A stretch of 32,000 nucleotides of DNA. Origin: Mucisphaera calidilacus (GTDB lineage: Bacteria > Planctomycetota > Phycisphaerae > Phycisphaerales > Phycisphaeraceae). The position numbers and the translations under genes are program-made. The notes under the pieces are model-generated. The model saw only the letters and a list, made by a program, of their open reading frames with translations, was not told the DNA's origin and made no database searches. This document shows positions 25,641 to 32,000 of this stretch, one piece after another. Location of the stretch: positions 2,670,001 to 2,702,000 of the forward strand of contig NZ_CP036280.1 in assembly GCF_007748075.1 (NCBI RefSeq), read 5' to 3'. How positions within the stretch are numbered: the first letter of the stretch is position 1; the number at the start of each line of letters is the position of its first letter.

Positions 25641-25913
25641 TTATTCAGCGTCGCCTGAACCCTCATTCTCAAGAAGCGTCCGCAGGTAGCTGTTCTCGCG
25701 ACGCGTCGCCTCGAGATCAAACACCATGTACTTGAGCGAAAGCCGCAGATAGTCCAGCGATTCCTGCAACGCACCCACGCTCTTCTTCAGCCGCGTGTGC
25801 CGTTCCTTGGTCTGCTCAGCAAGACGGGTCAGCTTCTCACGCTCCGCCGGTGGCAGCGAGGAAATCTGGCCCATGAGTTCGTTGAGCTTCGTCTGGAAAG
25901 TGCTTTCGTCCAT
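25641..25913 (-). CDS. hypothetical 90-aa coiled-coil protein
   Basis: Track ORF 25641-26018 (GTG start) provisionally trimmed to ATG 25913 (GAGGA about 10 nt upstream). Sequence is MDESTFQTKLNELMGQISSLPPAEREKLTRLAEQTKERHTRLKKSVGALQESLDYLRLSLKYMVFDLEATRRENSYLRTLLE. The start is uncertain. Confidence 0.5.
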   Translation of the reverse strand: MDESTFQTKLNELMGQISSLPPAEREKLTRLAEQTKERHTRLKKSVGALQESLDYLRLSLKYMVFDLEATRRENSYLRTLLENEGSGDAE

Positions 25914-26081
25914 AAGTCTGCCGTCCTCGCTGGGGTTCTCTCGATCTCTCTCAATCCGGGCGGCTGCGACCCGCGTCGCATCCGATGAACCTATCACGAA
26001 GCCCGTGCCAGCCGTCACGACAACTCAAAAAACCTCCTCCATTCACACTAAACACCGCTTCAATAGTTACTTACACGCATT

Positions 26082-26095
26082 CAACAACCCCTCCA
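26082..26095. repeat. direct repeat copy 1: CAACAACCCCTCCA
   Basis: Exact 14-mer, repeated at 26261-26274 within the same intergenic spacer. Confidence 0.8.
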
Positions 26096-26260
26096 CGTCT
26101 CCAACACCTACGCAACCTCTGACGACCTGTCGCCCACAGGCAACAGCCCTGAATCCCTCGAAAATCCATAATTGAACTGAATTCAATGACTTACAGCACT
26201 GTCGCCCGACGGCGACACCGCGCCCCCGCGTGCCCGCCCACCACATCAGCCTCAGATCCC

Positions 26261-26274
26261 CAACAACCCCTCCA
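26261..26274. repeat. direct repeat copy 2: CAACAACCCCTCCA
   Basis: Exact 14-mer, identical to 26082-26095. Confidence 0.8.
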
Positions 26275-26297
26275 ACCCGAAACTGACCGTTGTTCAA

Positions 26298-27413
26298 CTA
26301 CTTGATCCGCACCCGGCCCGTCCCACGCGTGATCCGCCCGATCCGGTAAACACGCTCGCCCAGCTTCCTCAGCCGCTCCGCCACCGCGTCCGCGAAGTGA
26401 GGCCGAACCACCAGGCAATACCCGATCCCCATGTTGAACACCCGCAGCATCTCCTCATCATCCACACCCCCCCACCGCTTCAAAGCCGTGAACACAGGCG
26501 GCACGTCCCAACAACTCCGGTCCAGCACCGCGTCCAGATTCTTCGGCAACGACCGGTTGAGATTGCCCGGCAGCCCGCCACCGGTGATATGCGCCATCGC
26601 CGAGATCGGACGCTTCACCTTGTAGCCACGTAGCAGACGCGTGATCGGAGCCGCATACAAACGCGTCGGCTCCAGCAACACGTGCCCCAGCAGATCGTCA
26701 ACACCCAGGTCACGCAGCTCGTGGTTCGGCCGATCGAGCTTCAGACGCTTCCGCTTGAGAATCGCACGCACCAGCGAATATCCGTTGCTGTGCACGCCCG
26801 AACTGCCCAGACCCAGCACCACGTCCCCCTGATTCACACGCACCGGATCCACCGCCCGCTTCAACTCCACCACGCCCACCGCGAAGCCCGCCAGGTCGTA
26901 ATGCCCCGGCTCGTACAGGTCCGGCATCTCCGCCGTCTCGCCCCCCAGCAGCGCCGCACCGCACACCCGGCACGCCTCGGCAACCCCCGAGACCACACGC
27001 TCGATCAACGCCGGCTCCACCTTGTTCAACGCCATGTAATCGAGAAAAAACAGCGGCTCCGCACCCTGAACCGCCATGTCGTTGACACTCATCGCCACCA
27101 GGTCCTGACCGATGGTGTCGTGCTTGTCCATCTGGATCGCCAGCAGCACCTTCGTCCCCACACCATCTGTGGCCGCCACCAGCACCGGGTCACGGTAGTT
27201 CCGCTTGAACAGACGCTCGTTGAAATCCAGGCGGAACAGACCCGCAAACCCGCCCTCGTTCTCAAGCACACGCTGGGTGTGCGTCCGCTTGAGATGGCCC
27301 AGAATCCTCTGGACGGCCAGGTCGCCCGCGTCAATGTCGACGCCGGCGTCAGCGTAGGAAATGCCCTTCTGGGCCGATTGGGGGGTCTGCGCGGTTTTTT
27401 TTCTGGGCGGCAT
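26298..27413 (-). CDS. purM: phosphoribosylformylglycinamidine cyclo-ligase (AIR synthetase)
   Basis: Contains ISYADAGVDIDAGD, GGFAGLF and VLVAATDGVGTKVLLA. Track ORF (GTG 27449) trimmed to ATG 27413 (MPPRKKTAQ...), which carries a -10-like hexamer at the leaderless spacing. Confidence 0.95.
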   Translation of the reverse strand: MPPRKKTAQTPQSAQKGISYADAGVDIDAGDLAVQRILGHLKRTHTQRVLENEGGFAGLFRLDFNERLFKRNYRDPVLVAATDGVGTKVLLAIQMDKHDTIGQDLVAMSVNDMAVQGAEPLFFLDYMALNKVEPALIERVVSGVAEACRVCGAALLGGETAEMPDLYEPGHYDLAGFAVGVVELKRAVDPVRVNQGDVVLGLGSSGVHSNGYSLVRAILKRKRLKLDRPNHELRDLGVDDLLGHVLLEPTRLYAAPITRLLRGYKVKRPISAMAHITGGGLPGNLNRSLPKNLDAVLDRSCWDVPPVFTALKRWGGVDDEEMLRVFNMGIGYCLVVRPHFADAVAERLRKLGERVYRIGRITRGTGRVRIK

Positions 27414-27419
27414 CCACCC

Positions 27420-27425
27420 AGTGTA
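27420..27425 (-). promoter_or_regulatory. -10-like hexamer TACACT, 6 nt before ATG 27413 (leaderless candidate)
   Basis: The minus strand reads tcgTACACTgggtggATGccg, with no spaced Shine-Dalgarno. Confidence 0.4.
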
Positions 27426-27491
27426 CGAAACCATTGCACACCGCTTCACTCTACGACCGACACGGCTACAGTAAGAAGTGGTCAGGGAAGC

Positions 27492-28019
27492 ATGTCACGC
27501 GTCGATGATCCCGCCACAAGACCCGTCCGACGCACGCAGGACCCCCGCATGATCGAAGAGGCCAAACAGAAAATCGCCTCCTGTGGCATTCGGTGCACCC
27601 ACCAACGCGCCATCGTCTACGCGACCCTCCGCGAGAGCCGCGCGCACCCCACCGCCGAGGAAATCTACACCACCATCATGACCCGGCACCCCGACCTGGG
27701 CGTCAGCATGGCCACGGTCTACAACACCCTCGAAGCCCTCTGCGACGTCGGCCTCGCCCGCAAACACGCCGGCTCCGGGAAAACCGGCTCCGCACGCTAC
27801 GACGCCGAGTGCAAATGCCACCCCCACCTCCGCGACCGCGAGTCCGGACGCATCGTCGACCTCCCACCCGACCTCGCCAGCGAACTCTTCGACGCCCTGC
27901 CCCAGAACATGATCGAAAGAATCCGCGAGCAGACCGGCTTCGACGTTCAGCGGATCTGCTTCGAACTCGTCGGTTCCTTCAAGAACGGCAACGCCGACAA
28001 CCACCCCACCGACATCTGA
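27492..28019 (+). CDS. Fur-family transcriptional regulator
   Basis: This is the C-terminal part of track ORF 26682-28019. ATG 27492 (MSRVDDP...) or ATG 27549 (MIEEAKQKIASCGIRCTHQRAIVYATL...) could be the start. It has a winged-helix (HPTAEEIYTTI...VSMATVYNTLEAL) and an HPH metal-site remnant. Confidence 0.85.
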   Translation: MSRVDDPATRPVRRTQDPRMIEEAKQKIASCGIRCTHQRAIVYATLRESRAHPTAEEIYTTIMTRHPDLGVSMATVYNTLEALCDVGLARKHAGSGKTGSARYDAECKCHPHLRDRESGRIVDLPPDLASELFDALPQNMIERIREQTGFDVQRICFELVGSFKNGNADNHPTDI

Positions 28020-28020
28020 C

Positions 28021-29967
28021 TCACACACGCGTCCGCCACGCATACAAACCCCACTCCAGCATCAGCAACACCAACGCCCCCACCGCCAGCCACGACCACA
28101 CCTCCCGCGGAACCGCAACCGCACGGCCCGACGCCGACGTCGCGACCACCGAAGCCTCGTCGCGGTAAGGCCGAAGATCACTCTCCGCGGGATTCAACAG
28201 GTTCACCGCCAGCGCCTGATACGCCGGCTCAACCGGCGAAGCCGTGCGATACAAACCCACACGCTCCAGAGGCGGCAGGATCGCCGCGTCACCCTCAACA
28301 GGCGTCTCGATACGCTCCGGCCCGTCATAGACCAGCACGCCAGACGCCTCAACACCCGGGCCCGGCACCGCCCAACTGCTCCCCGTCGCCGCCGCCAGCG
28401 TCCCCTGCTTCTCGCCGCCCAGCACGAGATAACGCAGCGCGTTGTCGAAGAAAACCGGGAAACCAACCATCACCGGCCAGTTGGTCCGCAGCGGATCGAA
28501 CGCCGCCACCACGTGACGCCGCGCACCGATCCGAACCTCCGCCATCAGCGGGCCCGCCGGCGAGGTCGCCAGCACCCGAGCGCCCTGAGGCAGCACCAGA
28601 CGACCCGCCTCGCGGATCACCAGATCCTCGAACGCCACGTGACGCAGCATCGGGTGACCCCGCTGCCAGTCGAGCGGACGCGTCGACGCCGGATCACCCT
28701 CAGACCAGCGAACCAGCTCGAGCCCCTCGACCGAAGGCACCACGTCAAAACACAAGCTCGGCCGCGCCGGAACACCCGGCGGATCCACGCGATCAAACAC
28801 CCACACATCCGCCTCCAACGCGGCATCGGTCGACAAGTAAGCCGGAGGCTCCACCACCAACCGCTCCACACCCGACGCCCTGATCGCGTGCTCCATCAAC
28901 GCGTTGCCCGACTCACTCACCAGCAACACCTTCGTCGTCCGCGCCGCCGTCAAAACCAGACGCGCCGCGTTGTCCGCCCTGAGCCGGTCCTGCCCCGCGT
29001 CAGCCGGCACCAGCTCGACCGTCAGCAACGCCAGGTCCGGCAACGCCAACGACAGACTCATCGCCTCGACCGAAGGCCCCCTCTCGCCCGCCGGCCCCAG
29101 CGACACCACCTGCGTCCGACGCGACTGATCACCCACCAGGAAACGCACCGTCGCCGACGCCGGACGATCGCCAAAGTTGCTCACCTCCGCGAACAACGCC
29201 ACACGCTCAGGCCGCTCAGGATCACGACGCGCCGAAAATGCCGTCACCGCAAGGTTCCCCGGCACCCCCGCGTCCTCCGGATCGACCGACACGAACACCA
29301 CCTGCGCATCGTGCAGATCAACCCGATCGACCGCCTGCGCCTGATCCGACCCGCCGTCCGTCACCACGTAGACCGTCATCGGCGTCCCGCTGGCCAACGC
29401 CTGCTCGGCCAGCGGCTCCACCAGCCGAAGCGCCGGCGCCAGATCCGTCGGCTGATCCGTCGGCGCAACACGCCCAACCGCCTCACGCAGCAGCGACTTC
29501 TGACCCGTCATCGTCTGCTGGACCCGCGCCCGACTCGCGTAGTGCACGACCATCGCACGCCCGCCCTCGTTCTCCACCTCCAGACGATCGATCAGGTCCG
29601 ACCCCAGCTCACGGGCACGATCCAGCCGCGTCCGACCACCCTCGTCCTCCGCGTTCATCGACGCCGAGTGATCAATCAGAATCACCGCCCGACCCGTCTC
29701 GATCGACTCCGCGTTGATCACCGGCCGAGCCAGCGCACCCAGCAGCATCAACAGCAACAGCAGCTGCAGCACCAGCAACCACGAACCCCGCAGACGCTGG
29801 AACGGCGCGTTGACCTGAAGATCCTCCACCGCCTTGCGCCACAGAAGCGTCGAGGCCACGTCACGCCGCTGACGACGCAGCTTCAGAAAATACAACAGCA
29901 GCAGCGTCGGCAAAGCGACGGCGGCAGCGAGTCCGGCAACCAGCGGGGCGAGCAGCGTCATCGTCAT
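28021..29967 (-). CDS. BatA-N-terminal-domain / von Willebrand factor A membrane protein
   Basis: 648 aa. The N-terminus LAPLVAGLAAAVALPTLLLLYFLKLRRQRRDVASTLLW is the aerotolerance-regulator (BatA) N-terminal TM pair. The VWA domain has the MIDAS motif DHSAS. A C-terminal TM helix VWSWLAVGALVLLMLEWGLYAW is present. Confidence 0.85.
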   Translation of the reverse strand: MTMTLLAPLVAGLAAAVALPTLLLLYFLKLRRQRRDVASTLLWRKAVEDLQVNAPFQRLRGSWLLVLQLLLLLMLLGALARPVINAESIETGRAVILIDHSASMNAEDEGGRTRLDRARELGSDLIDRLEVENEGGRAMVVHYASRARVQQTMTGQKSLLREAVGRVAPTDQPTDLAPALRLVEPLAEQALASGTPMTVYVVTDGGSDQAQAVDRVDLHDAQVVFVSVDPEDAGVPGNLAVTAFSARRDPERPERVALFAEVSNFGDRPASATVRFLVGDQSRRTQVVSLGPAGERGPSVEAMSLSLALPDLALLTVELVPADAGQDRLRADNAARLVLTAARTTKVLLVSESGNALMEHAIRASGVERLVVEPPAYLSTDAALEADVWVFDRVDPPGVPARPSLCFDVVPSVEGLELVRWSEGDPASTRPLDWQRGHPMLRHVAFEDLVIREAGRLVLPQGARVLATSPAGPLMAEVRIGARRHVVAAFDPLRTNWPVMVGFPVFFDNALRYLVLGGEKQGTLAAATGSSWAVPGPGVEASGVLVYDGPERIETPVEGDAAILPPLERVGLYRTASPVEPAYQALAVNLLNPAESDLRPYRDEASVVATSASGRAVAVPREVWSWLAVGALVLLMLEWGLYAWRTRV

Positions 29968-30890
29968 CAGCCGAGCATCCGGCGCCTCCGCAACGGTTCA
30001 AGAATCGTCCGGTCGATCGGATCACCACTCCCCGCAAACACATAAGCCAGATCACGCGCATGACACGCACTGCGCACCGACGCACGAAACGCCTCCAGCC
30101 GGTCCCGATACCGCCGCAGCAACCCAGGCGTCACCGAAACCTCCGCGGTCGAGCCATCCTCCGCATCACGCAGACGCAGATCACCCGTGATCCCGTTCGC
30201 CGACGGATCCAGCTCCTCCGGGCTCAGCACGTGCACCGCCAACGCATCCCAACGCGGATGATTCACATACCGAAGCGCCGCCCCCACGTCATCCTTCTGC
30301 AGAAAATCGGAGATCACCACCAGAATGCCAGGCGTCGCGTGCGTCGACGCCAGCAGCCGAAGCGATTCGCCCAGGTCGCCCGCCACCGGGTCCCTGTTCG
30401 GATCGGGCACCACCGCCAGCAACGGCTCGAGAAAGTCAACCATCCGCGTCAGCTGACGACGACCACGCAGCGAAGGCAGACGCTCAATCCCACCCGGACC
30501 GCCAAACGTCAGCAGCGACAAGCGGTTCTGGTGCGCCAGGCTGATGTACCCCAGAGCCGCCGCCACCCGCGCCCCGTAACCCAGCTTCGACGGATCACCA
30601 AACGCCATCGACGCCGAGCAATCAAGCGCCACCGTCACCGCGAGATCCTCCTCCTCCATGAAGACCCGCAGGAACAACCGATCCAGCCGCGCGTACAGGT
30701 TCCAGTCAATAAAACGCAGGTCGTCACCCACCACGTAAGGCCGATAGTCCGCAAACTCCACCGACTGCCCGCGACGCTTCGACCGACGCTCGCCAGGCAT
30801 ACCGCCACGCAGAATCTTGCGCGACATCACGTCCAGACGCTCGAGCCTCGCCAGCAACGCGCTCGGCAGCAGTTCACTCTTCACCGCCAT
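29967..30890 (-). CDS. DUF58 family protein (VWA-like)
   Basis: 307 aa. FADYRPYVVGDDLRFIDWNLYARLDRLFLRVFMEEEDLAVTVALDCSASM is the DUF58 signature region. 1-nt overlap with the downstream start. Confidence 0.88.
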   Translation of the reverse strand: MAVKSELLPSALLARLERLDVMSRKILRGGMPGERRSKRRGQSVEFADYRPYVVGDDLRFIDWNLYARLDRLFLRVFMEEEDLAVTVALDCSASMAFGDPSKLGYGARVAAALGYISLAHQNRLSLLTFGGPGGIERLPSLRGRRQLTRMVDFLEPLLAVVPDPNRDPVAGDLGESLRLLASTHATPGILVVISDFLQKDDVGAALRYVNHPRWDALAVHVLSPEELDPSANGITGDLRLRDAEDGSTAEVSVTPGLLRRYRDRLEAFRASVRSACHARDLAYVFAGSGDPIDRTILEPLRRRRMLG

Positions 30891-30894
30891 TCGC

Positions 30895-31944
30895 TCACGC
30901 TCCGCCCGGCACGCCGGCCGCCTCGGCCGGCAGACTCTCGGTCAGGTCGCCGATCACCATGTCAGGCGTCACGCCCTCCGCCTGACCCTCGAAATTCAGC
31001 AGCACACGATGCCGCAGCGATTCCGCCAGCACCCCGCGAATATCCTCGATCGCCAGGTGCACGCGGCCGTCCAGCAACGCTCGCGCCTTGCCCGCAAGTA
31101 TCAACGCCTGCGCCGCGCGAGGCGAGGCACCAAACCGAACAAACTGACGCACCATCTTCGTCGTGTACTCGCTCTCCGGGTGCGTCGCCAGCACCGCACG
31201 CACCGCGTAGTCACGCACGTTCGGCGCCGCGATCACCGAACGCACCAACTGCTGGTGCCCGATGATCGTCTCGGCGTCCAGCACCGACTCGACCGTTGCC
31301 TCCACCGAACCCGTTGTCCGGTCAATGATCTCGTGCAGCTCACCACGACTCACAAAACCCACCTCCAGCTTGAACAGGAAACGATCCAGCTGCGCCTCCG
31401 GCAGCGGATACGTCCCCTCCTGCTCGATCGGGTTCTGCGTCGCCATCACCAGGAACGGCCGGTCCATCGTGTACGTCCCCCCCGCGCCGCCCGAGACCGT
31501 CACACTCCGCTCCTGCATCGCCTCGAGCATCGCCGACTGCGTCTTGGGCGTCGCGCGGTTGATCTCGTCCGCCAGCACGATCTGGCTGAAGATCGGACCC
31601 TTGCGGAACTGAAAATCACGCACCGTCCGGCCCGCCTCGTCCTGACCCTCCACCACGATCGTTGTCCCCGTGATGTCCGCGGGCATCAGGTCCGGCGTGA
31701 ACTGGATCCTTGAGAACGACAGCGACATCGCCTCCGCCAGCGTGCGCACCAGCAGGGTCTTGCCCAACCCCGGCACGCCCTCAAGCAGCACGTGACCGCC
31801 CACGAACAACGCCGTCAACGCGCCGTCCACCACCGTGTTCTGACCCACGATCACACGCGTCACCTGCTCGCGGATCCGCCGGTAGTCGTCTCGAAAACGC
31901 TCGGCCTGCTCAAGGGTCGCCTCAGGGGGAGTTGGCATCGACAT
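30895..31944 (-). CDS. MoxR-family AAA+ ATPase
   Basis: Contains VIVGQNTVVDGALTALFVGGHVLLEGVPGLGKTLLVRTLA (Walker A), IVLADEINRATPKTQSAMLEAMQE (Walker B/sensor) and ATQNPIEQEGTYPLPEAQLDRF. I prefer ATG 31944 (GAGGA 6 nt upstream) over the adjacent GTG 31947. Confidence 0.93.
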   Translation of the reverse strand: MSMPTPPEATLEQAERFRDDYRRIREQVTRVIVGQNTVVDGALTALFVGGHVLLEGVPGLGKTLLVRTLAEAMSLSFSRIQFTPDLMPADITGTTIVVEGQDEAGRTVRDFQFRKGPIFSQIVLADEINRATPKTQSAMLEAMQERSVTVSGGAGGTYTMDRPFLVMATQNPIEQEGTYPLPEAQLDRFLFKLEVGFVSRGELHEIIDRTTGSVEATVESVLDAETIIGHQQLVRSVIAAPNVRDYAVRAVLATHPESEYTTKMVRQFVRFGASPRAAQALILAGKARALLDGRVHLAIEDIRGVLAESLRHRVLLNFEGQAEGVTPDMVIGDLTESLPAEAAGVPGGA

Positions 31945-31972
31945 CACACATCCTCACAAAAGAAGGTCACGC

Positions 31973-32000
31973 TCATCCGTTCCGGCCACGCTTCCGCGCC
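31973..32000 (-). CDS. 3' end of an unidentified gene continuing beyond the right edge
   Basis: The minus strand reads ...A R K R G R N G stop (TGA at 31975-31973). Only 8 sense codons are visible, so this is tentative. Confidence 0.2.

Noticed and set aside
25995-26010. TGGCACgggcttcgtg on the minus strand, upstream of the coiled-coil gene, as a second sigma-54 promoter
   Set aside because: The -24 element is perfect, but the -12 position reads TCGT with GT where the invariant GC should be.
26067-26297. 76-aa minus-strand ORF in the purM-downstream spacer
   Set aside because: The product is Gly/Val/Arg/Trp-rich, there is no properly spaced SD, and it coincides with the G-rich strand asymmetry. 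I treated the region as non-coding.
28513-30045. 510-aa plus-strand ORF opposite the BatA/VWA gene. Similar cases: 4655-5842, 13541-14656, 14361-15077, 15800-16573, 19137-20294, 20870-21931, 23603-24349, 24751-25506, 30060-31265, 30817-31713
   Set aside because: All lie antisense to, or out of frame within, genes with clear family signatures. Their products are Arg/Pro/His/Gln- or Gly/Val/Asp-rich, which are compositional artefacts of high GC.
1-32000. Search for mobile elements, CRISPR arrays, tRNA/rRNA genes, defence or toxin-antitoxin islands
   Set aside because: I found no transposase, integrase or recombinase-like ORFs. There are no spaced direct-repeat arrays and no tRNA-like T-arm/acceptor patterns in the few intergenic gaps. 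No GC-content island exceeds 300 bp. The window appears to be core chromosome.

Overview
High-GC (roughly two-thirds G+C by eye), gene-dense bacterial chromosomal segment with about 30 protein-coding genes. I recognise no rRNA, tRNA, CRISPR array, transposase or integrase. The left third (1-9390, minus strand) is one tightly packed flagellar operon: small orf - flgF - flgG - flgA - flgH - flgI - rod-binding (FlgJ N-domain-like) - flgN-like - flgK - flgL. flgL runs off the left edge and is missing from the ORF track, so I translated it by hand. An exact sigma-54 -24/-12 promoter precedes the operon. The rest is housekeeping in small units: a stand-alone ABC ATPase + 67-aa HupE/UreJ-like mini membrane protein + MazG; dxs-ispA; murG-ftsW; two small orphan genes; mnmA; a ~600-aa Met-rich acidic secreted protein; a 772-aa methyl-accepting chemotaxis protein; purD; dgkA-clpP-small coiled-coil gene; purM; a Fur-family regulator; and a MoxR ATPase - DUF58 - BatA/VWA membrane protein module. 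The detached ftsW-murG pair, the MoxR-DUF58-BatA module and the high GC suggest a flagellated member of the PVC group (Planctomycetota, Phycisphaerae-like), but this is inference only. Many long track ORFs are antisense shadows of real genes (Arg/His/Pro/Gln-rich) and were discarded. Several others were trimmed to internal start codons. I do not see a convincing new multi-gene system; the window reads as core chromosome. The best leads are regulatory or architectural: (1) the sigma-54 promoter with paired upstream palindromes; (2) five unit-leading genes with a -10-like hexamer exactly 6 nt before the ATG and no Shine-Dalgarno, implying leaderless mRNAs; (3) the single-TM mini-HupE with an HX5DH motif; (4) the Met-rich secreted protein; (5) a six-tract C4/G4 array between two convergent small genes; (6) a 280-bp strand-asymmetric spacer with a 14-nt direct repeat.
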